A stretch of 64,000 nt of DNA from an uncultured Actinomycetes bacterium. GTDB taxonomy: Bacteria > Actinomycetota > Thermoleophilia > Gaiellales > Gaiellaceae. Below are positions 48,156 to 60,192 of this stretch, in pieces. The notes beneath the pieces were generated by a model that saw nothing but the letters and a program-made list of their open reading frames with translations, had not been told where the DNA came from and did no database searches. The stretch lies in the NCBI GenBank assembly GCA_963837265.1, contig CAWIMQ010000003.1:14694-78693 (forward strand), read 5' to 3'. The stretch's first letter is position 1, and every line of letters begins with the position of its first letter. The position numbers and the translations under genes were made by a program.

Positions 48156-51100
48156 GTGCGCATGCTCGAGGCGGGCCGCACCGAGCCCCGGTCGGGCGGA
48201 CGTGAGCGCAGCGCGCGCGAACGGCGCCGGCCGGTCCGGCTCGGAGGACGCCGCGCGCTCTCCGACGCCGTGCGCGCCGACCTCGAGCAGCGCCTCGCCG
48301 CGCGCGCCGCCGGCGCGAGGCAGACGATCCCCCGGCGCACCGACGGCTCCGCGCCGCTGTCGTTCGCACAGGAGCGGATGTTTCTCCTGCAGCAGCTGAT
48401 GCCGGGCGTGAGCGCCTACAACGTGCCCCGCCTCCTCCGGTTTGCCGGGGCGCTCGACGAGAATGCGGTCCGGACGGCGCTCGACTCGGTCGTGGAGCGA
48501 CACGAGATCCTTCGGACGACGATCTCGGTCGTCGACGGCGCTCCGGCGCAGACGGTCGAGGGGGAGGGCTCGATCCCGCTCGAAGTGGTCGACCTGCGCG
48601 GACGCCCGGACGCCCTGGACGAGGCGGACCGGATCGTGACCGAGCTGGCGTGGAAGCCCTTCGACCTTGCCCGCGACGGGATGCTGAGGGCGGCGCTCCT
48701 CCATCTCGACGACGGAGACCGCCTGCTCGTCGTCAGCCACCATCTCGTCTCCGACCACGCCTCGGGGCCGATCCTCCTCGCCGAGCTGGCGGAGGCGTAC
48801 GAGGCGGCCACCGCGGGGAGGCCGGCGTCGCTGCCGGGCCTGTCGATCCAGTACGCCGACTTCGCGGCCTGGCAGCGCGAGCGGCTGGCCGGGCCTGCGC
48901 TCGAGGAGCATCTCGCCTACTGGCGTGAGCGGCTCGCGGCGCGCCGGAGCGGCTCGACCTGCCCACCGACCACCCACGCCCGCCGGCAAAGACCTATCGC
49001 GGGGCACAGCTCGAGCTCGCCCTGCCGGCTGCGCTCGTCAAGCGGCTGCGCACGCTGGCGCGCACCCGCAACGTCTCGCTGTTCGTGGTCCTTGTTGCCG
49101 CCTTCAAGACGCTCCTGCACAGGTACAGCGGTGCGGAGGACGTCGTCGTCGGGTCGCCGATCTCGGGCCGCCACCACGAGGAGACAATGCCGCTGATCGG
49201 CTTCTTCACGAACACGCTCGTCCTGCGCACGCAGCTCGACGGAACGATGACGTTCACGGAGCTCCTCGACCGCGTCCGCGAGACGACCTTCGGCGCCTAC
49301 GCGCACCAGGAGCTGCCCTTCGAGAAGCTCGTGGAGGCGCTCAATCCCCAGCGAGATCTGAGCCACACGCCGTTCTTCCAGGTCGTCTTCACGCATGACG
49401 TCTCGTCTCCGCCGATCGAGATCGAGGGACGGCCCCTGACGCCGCTCACGCTGCCCGAATGGCCCTCCTCCCGCTTCGACCTCGCGCTCGGCACGCACGA
49501 GCGCGAGGACGGCAGCCTCGGCGGCGCCGTCGAGTACTCGACCGACCTCTTCGACGCGCCGACGATCCAGCGCCTGGCCGGACACTTCGAGATGCTGCTC
49601 GAAGGGGTCGCCGCCGACCCGGACCGCCCGATCGGCGCCCTGCCGCTCCTCACTGCCGCCGAGCGGCACCTGCTCGAGGAGTGGAACTCGACCCACGTGC
49701 CGACGGAGCCGGACCGGTGCCTGCACGAGCTCGTCTCGGACCAGGCGGGCCGGACACCGGACGCGGTCGCGGTCGAAGGCGGCGGCCGCCGGCTGACCTA
49801 CGCCGAGCTGGACGCACGCTCGAACCGGCTCGCCCGGCGCCTGCAGGAGCTCGGCGCTGGTCCCGACGTCCTCGTCGGGATCTGCATGGAGCGCGTGCCC
49901 GAGCTGATGGTGACGATCCTCGCCGTCCTGAAGACCGGAGCCGCCTACGTCCCGATCGACCCGACCTACCCGGCCGACCGGCAGGCGTTCATGCTCGCGG
50001 ACGCCGGCGCCCCGGTGCTGGTCACGCAGGAGGCGCTGCTCGACGGCCTCCCTCCGCACGATGCCGAAGTCGTCTGCCTCGACCGCGACTGGGCGGAGAC
50101 GGCGGCACATCCGGCGGACCCGCTTCCGCGCGCCGGCAGTCCCGACGCGCCGGCGTACGTCATCTACACATCAGGCTCGACGGGCCGCCCGAAGGGGGTC
50201 GAGATCCGCCACCGCTCCGTCGTCAACCTCCTCGAGTCGATGCGCGAGCAGCCTGGCCTGACCGCCGACGACGTTCTCGTCAACGTGACGACGTTCGCGT
50301 TCAACCTGTCGGTGCCCGACCTGTACCTCGCGCTCGTCTGCGGCGCCCGGCTGGTGATGCTGCCACGGGAGGTGACACTCGACCCGGCGCGGCTCTCAGC
50401 GGCGCATCGAGGAGACGCGCGCGACCTTCATGCAGGCGACTCCGACGACGTGGGGAATGCTCGTCGACGCCGGTTGGCAGGGGCTCGAGGGGCTGAAGAT
50501 CGTGTGCGGAGGCGAGGCGCTGCCGCGCGCTCTCGCCGACGAGCTCATCGACCGCGGCGACTCGCTGTGGCACATGTACGGCCCGACCGAGACGACGGTC
50601 TGGTCGTCGACGCTCCGGCTGGGCCGCGGAGAGGGCCCGCCCCCGATCGGAGGCCCGATCAGGAATACCCGCTTCTACGTCGTCGACGAGCGGCTCCAGG
50701 CGGTGCCGATCGGAGTGACCGGAGAGCTCCTGATCGGCGGCGAGGGCGTGGCGCGCGGCTACCGGGGACGGCCGGAGCTCAGTGCCGAGAAGTTCATCGC
50801 CGACCCGTTCACCGGTACGCCGGGCGCCCGCGTCTACCGGACCGGCGACCATCTCCGCCTGCGTCAGGACGGGACGCTGGAGTTCGTCGGCCGGATCGAC
50901 CAGCAGGTGAAGCTGCACGGCTTCCGGATCGAGCTCGAAGAGATCGAGGCGGTGCTCGACCGGCATCCCGAGGTGCGGGCCTCGGTGGCCGCCGTGCGCG
51001 AGGACGCGTCCGGCGAGAAGGCCCTCGTCGGCTACGTCGTCCTGGAGGCGGCGTCGGCGGTCTCGACCGACGCGCTGCGCCGCTTTCTCGGGGCGTCACT

Positions 51101-51525
51101 GCCCGCGTACATGGTTCCCTCGGTGATCGTGCCGCTCGACGAGCTCCCTGTAACGGCGAACGGGAAGCTCGACCGGTCGGCGCTGCCCTCGCCGAGCATC
51201 GTCAGGCCGATCCTCGAGAAGCCCTACGTCGCCCCCCGCACGCCGGTCGAGGAGCGGCTGGCGGCGATCTGGCAGGAGCTGCTGCCGGTCGACCGTGTCG
51301 GGGTCGACGACAACTTCTTCGATCTCGGCGGGCATTCGATGCTCGCGCTGAAGATGGTCGCCCGCGTCCAGGACGACCTCGGCGTCGACCTCTTCCTGAC
51401 GCGGTTTCGAGCATCCGACCGTCGCGGGGCTCTCGGAGGTCGTCGCCGGCCGGGTGCTAGAGGAGGCCGGTGACGACGACCTGACGGAGCTGCTGGCCGA
51501 GCTGGAGACGATCGGAGAGTCGTGA
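48156..51525 (+). pseudogene. Single-module NRPS, C-A-T; three frame changes (~48935, ~50405, ~51405); A domain lacks Asp235
   Basis: - C domain: PLSFAQERMFLLQQ, SHHLVSDHAS.
- A domain: LTYAELDARSNRLA, YTSGSTGRPKG, TTFAFNLSVPDLYLAL, MQATPTTWGML, IVCGGEAL, HMYGPTETTVWS; code NLPQVGMVWK.
- T domain: FFDLGGHSMLA.

The tail ..DDDLTELLAELETIGES comes last, and the stop overlaps the next GTG (51522). Confidence 0.8.
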
Positions 51526-54500
51526 GCACGGCCGATCGAGATCGGGCAGACGTCAACGAGCGCCTGGCGAGGCTCGGCCCGGCCCAGCGCGCCCTGCCTC
51601 GAGCGCAGGCTCCTCGAGAAGCGAGCGGCCGCGGCGGCCGCGGCGCGCATACCCCGGCGGCCGGTGGGCTCGCCGTGCCTGCTCTCGTACTCCCAGGAGC
51701 TCCTCTGGCTGCTCAGCCAGCTCGAATCGAGCGGCGTGGCCTACAACGCACCGGCCGCCTTCCGCCTGCACGGTCCGATCGACGCAACCGCGCTGCAGCA
51801 GGCTCTCGACGCGCTCGTCGCCCGGCACGAGATCCTGCGGACCTCCTACGAGGTGATCGACGGGCGGCCGATGCAGATCGTCTCGCCCGCGGGAACCGCC
51901 GAGCTCCGGCTGGTCGACCTGGCCGGGCTCGGGGAAGCGGAACGAGAGGCCGAGCTCCACAGGATCCTGCGCGCGGAGTCGGAGCGGCCCTTCGACCTGC
52001 GCAGCGATCCCGTGCTCCGTCCGTGGCTGATCGGCCTCGGCGTCGACGACCACGTCTTCTTCAACGTCATGCACCACATCGCCACCGACGGCTACTCGCG
52101 GGCCGTGCTGCACAGCGACCTGACCTCGCTCTACGAGGCGGCGATCGAGGGCAAGGACGCGTCGCTCCCGCCGCTGCAGATCCAGTACGCGGACTACGCC
52201 GTCTGGCACCGTGAATGGCTGGACGGCGGCGTCCTCGAGCAGCAGCTCGCCTACTGGAAGGGCATGCTCGGCGCCGCCCCCTCGCGCCTCGAGCTGCCCA
52301 CCGACCGTCCCCGGCCGCCCGCCCGCACCTACCACGGCGACCACCAGAGCAGGATCCTCGGCATGCCGGTCCGGCACGGCCTCGAGGCACTCGCACGGGA
52401 GGGAGACGGAACGCTCTTCATGGCGCTCCTCGGCGCATTCGCGACGCTTCTCCACCGCTACTCGGGCCAGGACGACATCGTCATCGGCACCCCGTTCGCG
52501 GGCCGCAACCGGCGAGAGCTCGAGGCGATGATCGGCTACTTCATCAACCCGCTCGCTCTGCGGATCGACCTCACGGGAGATCCGTCGTTCCGCGAGCTGC
52601 TCCGCCGCGCCCGTGAGACGACGCTCGGCGCCTTCGCACACGGCGACGTGCCCTACGAGATGGTCGTCCGGGAGACGACGCCCGAGCGCGACCTCAGCCA
52701 GACGCCGGTGTTCCAGGTGATGATGGTCCTCCACAACCCGGAGTGGGAGCGACGCCGGCCGAAGTTCGAGCCGGCCGGCGTGACCGCGACCGAGGTCGTG
52801 CACGAGAAGGGCTTCTCGAAGTTCAACCTCCTGCTCGGCATGAGCCAGCGGCCGAACGGCCTGAACACGACCTGGGAGTACAGCACCGAGCTCTTCGACG
52901 ACGCGACCGCCACTCGGATCTCTAGCCACTTCGAGAAGCTCGTCGAGAGCATCGTCGAGGATCCGGACCGGCCGATCTCGCGCCTGCCGATGCTGCTCGA
53001 CGAGGAGCGTCGCGTGATCGTCTCGGACTGGGCGAAGGCCCCCGCCGACTTCCCGAAGGACGCGATGGTCAAGGACCTGTTCGAGCGGTGGGCGGCGCGC
53101 ACGCCCGACGCCGACGCGGTCGTCTTCGCCGGGCGAGCGGCGGACGTACGGCGAGCTCAACGCGCGGGCGAACCGACTCGCCCACCGTCTCCGCGGGCTC
53201 GGCGTCGGTCCGGGACCCTCGTCGGCATCTACATGGACAAGTCGCTCGACATCGTCGCCGCCGTGCTCGGCGTGCTGAAGACGGGCGCCGCGTACATCCC
53301 GCTCGACCCGTTCTACCCGCAGGACCGCATCGAGTTCATGCTCGAGGACTCGAAGCCGGCCGTGCTCGTCACGGCGAGCGGACCCCGGCCGCGCTGACCG
53401 TGCCGGACAGCGTGGCGGTCTTCTCGGACTGGGACTCGCTGGACGAGCGAGCCTGCGGGCGAACCTGCCGACGAGCGCCGGGCCGGACGATCTCGCTTAC
53501 GTGATCTACACGAGCGGCTCGACCGGGCGCCCCAAGGGGGCGATGATCACGAACCGCAGCCTCGCGAACGCGTTCTTCGCCTACGAGGAGGCGTACCGGC
53601 TGACCGACGAGACGACGAGCCATCTCCAGATGGCGAGCTTCTCCTTCGACGTCTTCATCGGCGACGTCGATCCGGTCCCTGCTCTCGGGGTCGAAGCTCG
53701 TGCTCTGTCCGCTCGAGGTCGTGGTCGACCCCCCGCGCCTGTACGAGCTCATGGTCTCCGAGCGGGTCGACTGCGCGGAGTTCGTTCCCGCGGTCGCGAC
53801 GCTGGTCTTCGAGCACGCCGAGAGCGTCGGGCGGGTCGCTCGACTTCATGCGCGTGATCGTCGTCAGCTCGGAGGGGTGGAGAACCGACAAGCACGAGCT
53901 CTTCGAGCGGCTCACCGGCCCCGGGACACGGATCATCAACGCCTACGGCCTGACCGAGGCGACGATCGACAGCACCTACTTCGAGACCGACGGGGAGCTC
54001 GTCCCCGACCGCTTCGTCCCGATCGGACGGCCGCTGGCGAACACGCGAGATCTACCTGCTCGACCGGCACCTGCAGCCGGTTCCGGTCGGGATTCCCGGG
54101 CGAGCTCTGCGTCGGCGGCGGGGGTCGCGCTGCGGCTACCTCAACCGGCCCGAGCTGACGGCCGAGCGGTTCGTGCCCAATCCGTTCTCGGACGAGCCGG
54201 ATGCGCGCCTGTACCGGACGGGCGACCTCGCGCGCTGGCTGCCGAGCGGGACGTCGAGTTCCTCGGCCGCGCCGACCGTCAGATCAAGATCCGCGGCTTC
54301 CGGATCGAGCCGGGCGAGATCGAGGCGGCGCTCGAGCGGCATCCGGCGGTGCGCACCGCCGCGGTCGTCCTCTGGCGAGGCGCGCCGGGCGACCCGCGGC
54401 TCGTCGCGTACGTCGAGCCCAACGGAACGCGGCCGATACCGGACTGGCAGAAGCTCCGCGACGAGTCTCGGCCGGACAGCTGCCCGGCGTACATGGTGCC

Positions 54501-54910
54501 GGCGATGTTCCGGCGATGGAGCGGATGCCCTGACGCCGAACGGCAAGCTGGACTCGAGCGCGCTGCCCGAACCCGAGTCGAGCCTAGCGGACGGCGGCGA
54601 GCTCGTCGCCGCCGCAGGACCGAGACGGAGCACGACGATCGCGGCGATCTGAGCGAGGTGCTCGCGCCGACGCGCAGATCGGCGTGACCGACGACTTCTT
54701 CGCGCTCGGCGGCCACTCGCTGCTGGCGATCGCGTGGTCGCGCGGATCCAGGACCGCTTCGGCGTCGCGCTGCCGATGCGGACGATGTTCGAGGCACCGA
54801 CGGTCGAGGCGCTCGGCCGCGCGATCGAGGTCGCCCGGGAGGACGGCCCGAGCCAGGACGGGCCCGCGCTCGTCCCGGTCGAGCCCGCGCCGCACGGCGC
54901 GTCAGCCTAG
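51522..54910 (+). pseudogene. Single-module NRPS, C-A(basic-residue-like)-T; many frame changes after ~53140
   Basis: - C domain: LLSYSQELLWLLSQ, HHIATDGYS; uninterrupted from 51664 to about 53140.
- A domain: YTSGSTGRPKG, SFSFDVFIGD, AEFVPAVA, IVVSSEGW, NAYGLTEATIDS; code DVGEVSAIDK, closest to Orn-type codes.
- T domain: FFALGGHSLLA.

TAG stop at 54908-54910. Confidence 0.75.
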
Positions 54911-55148
54911 GGTAGCGACGGGCGGCGGCCGGCCGGGCCCGACCACACTGACGCCTGACCCTTCCTTGGTCCCGCAGACTCCTGACGTTGTGGCACGTTT
55001 GGACTCGCAAGCCGGTCGAAGACTGTTGCCGTAGCTCTCGCCGCGCCGCGGTTCGCGGACGCACAGCCGTGGCGGCCGGAGCCGGGCTTTGCCCGGCGGG
55101 AGGCCAAGAGCGGCCGGTCAGCGAGCACGCAGAAGGAGGGGGTCCATG

Positions 55149-55169
55149 GGGGGAACCATGGGTTCCCCC
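55149..55169 (-). terminator. Perfect 9-bp GC-rich hairpin (GGGGGAACC-atg-GGTTCCCCC) 4 nt after the esterase stop codon
   Basis: It lies in a convergent intergenic region. There is no U-tract, so the terminator call is tentative. The arms match the hairpin at 14799-14818. Confidence 0.35.
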
Positions 55170-55172
55170 ACG

Positions 55173-56613
55173 CTAATGCGCGACCCAGAAGTTCCACAGC
55201 TCCGCCTCGGAGTTGAGTCCCTGGGCACCGTCGATGCCGTACGCGTGCCCGCCGTGCGGCACGCTGATCAGGCCGACCGCCCGCGCCGGCCTCGCGCAGG
55301 ACGAGTAGACGTCCCGCCGAAGCGTCCCGCCGGTTCCGACGGTAGTCGCCGGCGTTCGCCTGCACCCGTAGCGCCCCGCCAGGTACGAGGCTCCGTCCTG
55401 CTGCCCCTCGAAGTAGTGGCTGCCGACGCCGCGGCCGTCGTACGCGACGAAGTCGTCGGCCTCGCCGGCCTCGAACAGGACCGAGCTGTCCCGGTTGACC
55501 AACCGGCAGGTGTTCGCCGCCAGGTTCAGACTCGGGCCGGAGTTCACGAGCGGCGCGCTGACGATCCCGAACCCGCGGAACAGGCCGTTCGTGGACGGGC
55601 TGCACATCAGCTCGACCACGAAGTTGCCGCCCTTCGACGCGCCTGTGACGAACACGCTCGCCGGGTCGACGTTCTGGGTGCGAAGGACGAAGCGGACGAG
55701 GGCGATCATCCCCGGCTTGTCGTCGCACGGGCCCTCTCCCCCGGCGCCGCAGTCGGGGATCGGAATCGGCTGCCACGGGACAGTCAGCGGGCCGAACCAG
55801 AGCGTCGCCACCGCCCTGCTGAACCGGTACGTTCCGGGCCGGTAGACAACGACGATGAACCGGTTGGCGGTGGCGAGCGCTTCCCAGCTCGCCACCGCCG
55901 CGGGAGAGAGGAGCCCGTCCCAGCCAGAAGACCGCCGGGGACCTTGTTGGCGGGCGAGTTGGCGAGGCCCTTCGGCCTGTAGACCTTGAAGGCCATCGTC
56001 TTCGTCTTCGTCCCGCTTCCGTCGTCGACGGTGAAGCTCGTCCACGACGAGGGCATCGACCCCGCCTCGCACGGGCTGGGGACGCACCTCGCACGTCGAG
56101 CCGCCGGTCGCGTCTCGAGCGCCGGCTGCGGGGAAGCCGACGCCCGGACCTGCCCCCGGATCTCGCCCCGAGGACGGAGCTTCGTGCGCGTGACGACGTA
56201 CACCCGGCCGGCGAGGAGCGCGTTCACGAGCCGCGTGCCGGCGGCGCTCGCCAGCCCGACCGATCCGCGGGCGCCCGAGCGGCAGGAGGTGCACAGCCTG
56301 GCCAGCACCGGGCCAGTCTCGCCGCGTCCGCCCTTCCGCAACTCGGTCGCGAGCACGGGACTGCTCAGGCGGAGAGTCCTCAGCTGCCACGCCAGGGTCG
56401 ACTTGCCGGCGAGGGTCAGGGTTGCGCCGAAGGAGCCTCCGGGCTTCCCGCCGGCTCGATGCGAGGCCGGGGCCTGGGCGACGAGCGTCGCCGACAGTCG
56501 GTATGGCTGGCCCGGACCGGCTCTGCGCGGCCTGCGAGGACGCCCGCGCGGCTCGCGAGCGCCGCGAGGGCGAGCACGGCGACCGTGACGGTGACTATTC
56601 GCGTCATCTGCAT
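55173..56613 (-). pseudogene. Secreted CHRD-domain / PHB-depolymerase-type esterase fusion protein; frame-disrupted as assembled
   Basis: Signal peptide MQMTRIVTVTVAVLALAALASRA (ATG 56613). CHRD-like ..GSFGATLTLAGKSTLAWQLRTL..GETGPVLARLC..ALLAGRVYVVTRTKLRPRGEIRGQV. C-terminal alpha/beta hydrolase ..FIVVVYRPG.., ..VFVTGASKGGNFV.. and ..SVPHGGHAY... Confidence 0.5.
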
Positions 56614-56768
56614 CGGGCGACCTCCCGCATCCCGCTCCCGCGCGTTCCCCGTCCTTCGCCTCTCGCCCGGATCGGCTCCCGCCGGCCGGCGCGCCCGCGA
56701 AGCGTAGCGGGCCGCGCAGGCAGGCCGCGGGCGGGCCCGCCGGCGGCCCGGCGGGCCCCTCGGCCACT

Positions 56769-56839
56769 CGGCTAGGCTCGCCTGACAGAACTGCCCCCAA
56801 CGGCGCGTAGGCCGCCCGGGGGGCCGTGACTAGCATCGG
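56769..56839 (+). promoter_or_regulatory. Conserved upstream module, copy 5 (CGGCTAG-N21-CCAACGGCGCGTAGGC-N17-CTAGCATCGG)
   Basis: Same spacing as copies 1-3 and 6. It lies about 50 nt upstream of the candidate starts (GTG 56888 / ATG 56897) of the next NRPS. Confidence 0.55.
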
Positions 56840-56887
56840 AGCGTCGGTACCTCGCCCACGCCGTAGCGCGCCGAACGAGCCCTTGCA

Positions 56888-59800
56888 GTGACAGAGATGC
56901 TGTCGAACCGCAGTCGCCGACGGGCGAGGTCGTCGTCTTCCCGCTGTCCTTCGCCCAGCAGCGGCTGTGGTTCCTGGACCACCTCGACCCCGGGAGTGCG
57001 GCGTACAACATCCCACTCGTCCTGCGCCTGCGCGGGGTGTTGAACGTCGACGCCCTCGAGCGACGCGCTCGGCTGCTGGTCGAGCGGCACGAGGCGCTCC
57101 GGACGACCTTCCTCGAGGATGGGCGACGAGCCGGTCCAGGTGATCCATCCGGGCTCGCGCCGCCGCGATCGAGCGGAGTGACTGACTCGAGCTTGCCGAG
57201 CAGCACGGCGAGCTCGGCGCCCGGAGAGCTCGCCGACGAGGAGGAGCATCCGCCCCTTCGACCTGTCCACCGGACCGCTCCTGCGCAGCCGTCCTCGTCC
57301 GCACGGCCGCGACGACCACCTCCTGGTCCTGACGATCATCCCATCGTCGCACACGGCTGGGCGATTCGCGTGCTCGCCGCGCGACCTGGCCCGAGCTCTA
57401 CGCGGCGCTCGTCACCGGGAGGGAGCCGGCGCTCCCCGCCTTGCCCGTCCAGTACGGAGACTTCGCGCTCTGGCAGCGAGAGTGGTTTCAGGGAGAGCGG
57501 CTCAACCGGGCGCTCGGCGCCTGGGAGGACCGAGCTCGACAGCGCCCCCACCGTGCTCGATCTTCCCTTCGACCGGCCGCGCCCGGCCCTTCAGCGTCCG
57601 ATCGCGGTGCCCGCTGCCGGGCGGTCCTCGACGGCGAGCTCGTCGGCAAGCTCGAGCGCCTGAGCCAGCGAGACGGGCACGACGCTCTTCATGACCTTCC
57701 TGGCTGCGTTCTCCGCGCTCCTCGGCCGCTACAGCGGCCAGCGCGAGCTCGTCGTCGGATCGCCGATCGCGAACCGCAGCCGAACCGAGCTGGAAGACCT
57801 GGTGGGGTTCTTCGCGAACACCCTTGCCCTGCGGGCGGACCTGCGCGGGAGCCCGACGCTTCCGCGAGCTCCTCGCGCCGGACCCGCGAGACAGCCCTCA
57901 GGGCGTACGCGAACCAGGACCTGCCGTTCGAGAAGCTGGTCGCCGAGCTGAATCCCGAGCCGGAGCCTGAGCCACTCGCCGCTCTTCCAGGTGCTGTTCC
58001 AGTTCCAGGACGTCGATCGCCGGGTCCGATCGCGCTCCACGACCTGACCGTCGAGTCACGAGGACTTCGACCGGGGGCGCTCGAAGTTCAACCTCGCGCT
58101 GTCGCTCAGCAGGGCAGACGGAACCGTCGGAGCGTCCGTCGAGTACAGCACCGACCTGTTCAGCAGTCCGCGGATCGAGCGGATGCTGGCGAACTTCGAG
58201 ACGCTCCTCGGGGCCGTGGTCGACGACCCGGATCGATCGATCGACGACGTTGCAGGTGGTCAGCAACACCGAGCGGGACCGGCTTGCCCGCTGGAACGAG
58301 ACGGCGACGCGGTACCCGGAACGGACAGGAGCGTGCACGAGCTCGTCGAGGATCAGGTGCGTCCGCACCCCGGAAGCGGACGGCGGTGACGACCGGCGAG
58401 GAGTCACTCGACCTATGCCGAACTGAACTCGCGCGCGAACAGGCTTGCCCGGCGTCTCCGCGAGGCCGGGGTCGGACCCGACACCCCGGTCGCGATCTGC
58501 ATGGAGCGCTACGCTCGAGTCCCGCCCGTCGCGGTCCTGGCGGCGCTCAAGGCGGGCGGCGCGTACGCGCCTCTCGATCCCACCTATCCGGCCGAGCGGC
58601 TTCGGTTCATGCTCGAAGACACCGCCGCACCGATGCTCCTCACGCAGATCCGCCTGCTCGACCGGCTGCCCGAGCACGGCGCCCGCACGATCTGCGTCGA
58701 CGTCGAGGACGGGGACGATGCCGGCGCCGAGGAGGACCTACCTGTCCTGGGCACTCCCGACGCTCTGGCGTACGTCCTGTTCACGTCCGGATCGACCGGA
58801 CGGCCGAAGGGCGCGGCGATGCCGCATCGCACCCTCTCGAACCTGCTCGCCTGGCAGCGCGACCGCTTCAGCTTCGCACCGGCCGCACGGACGTTGCAGT
58901 TCGCGTCGATCAGCTTCGACGTCGCCTTTCAGGAGCTCTTCTCGACCTGGGCGTGCGGCGGCACGCTCGTGCTGATCGACGAGGAGACTCGGAGAGATCC
59001 GGACGCGCTCCTGCAGGCGCTCCGGGGGCACTCCGTCGAGCGCCTGTTCCTCCCCTACATCGCACTACAGCAGCTGGCGGAGGCGGCAGTCGAGCGCGGC
59101 ACGCCTCCGACCTCGCTCCGCGAGGTGATCACCGCCGGGGAGGCGCTGCAGATCACCCCTGCGATTCGCCGGCTGTTCTCTGCGCTGCCGGCGTGCACCC
59201 TGCACAATCAGTACGGGCCGACGGAAAGCCACGTCGTCACCGCCTTCCCCCTCCCAAGGTCCGCGGAGACATGGCCGGACCGGCCGCCGATCGGGCGACC
59301 GATCGCAAACGCCCAGATCCACGTGCTCGACGAGCGTCTCCATCCCGTTCCGGTCGGCGTCCCCGGAGAGCTGTACATCGGCGGCGACACGCTCGCGCGC
59401 GGGTATCTCCACCGCCCCCACCTGACCGCGGAGCGGTTCGTCGCCGATCCGTTCCGGGCGACGCCGAACACCCGTCTCTACCGGACGGGCGACCGGGCGC
59501 GGCACCTCGCGGACGGAAGCATTGAGTTCCTCGGGCGTCTCGACCACCAAGTGAAGGTTCGCGGCTTCCGCGTCGAGCCCGGGGAGATCGAGGCGGAGCT
59601 GACGAAGCACGCGGCGGTGCGCGAGGCGCTCGTCCTCGCCCGCGAGGACGAGCCCGGCAACCGGCGCCTGGTCGCGTACGTCGTCGCCGACGATTCCGGC
59701 TCGCGGGAGCTCGAGGGCGAGCTCCGACGGTTCCTGGGCACCACCCTGCCCGAGTACATGGTCCCGTCGGCGGTCGTCCTCCTCGACGCGTTCCCGTTGA

Positions 59801-60192
59801 GCCCGAACGGCAAGGTCGACCGCTCGGCGCTGCAGGCCCCCGACGGCACGCGGTCGGAGGCGGTCTTCGTCGCGCCGCGCACACCCACGGAAGAGGTCGT
59901 CGCACGCGTCTGGAGCGAGGTGCTCGGCGTCGACCCGGTCGGAGCGGAGGACGACTTCTTCGCGCTCGGCGGGCACTCGTTGCTCGCCACCCGCGTGATC
60001 TCGCGGCTCCGCAGGGCGTTCGGCGTCGAGATCGGCCTCCGCAACATGTTCGAGCAGCCGACCGTGGCCGGGCTCGCCGCCGTCCTCGACGGCCTCGAGA
60101 CCGAGGAGCAGGATCGGCTCCCCGTGCTGACGCCACTGGACCGTCGGCAGTATCGCCTCGCGCACTCCCCGGGCCCGGGCGCCGGCACATGA
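56888..60192 (+). pseudogene. Single-module NRPS, C-A(Pro-like)-T; many frame changes before ~58500
   Basis: - C domain: FPLSFAQQRLWFLDHLDPGSAAYNIP, ..VERHEALRTTF.., ..LFMTFLAAFSALLGRYSGQ..
- A domain: uninterrupted from 58501 to 60192; FTSGSTGRPKG, SISFDVAFQELFSTW, RLFLPYIAL, VITAGEAL, NQYGPTESHVV; code DVQLIAQVVK.
- T domain: FFALGGHSLLA.

The stop overlaps the next ATG (ATGA at 60189). Confidence 0.75.
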
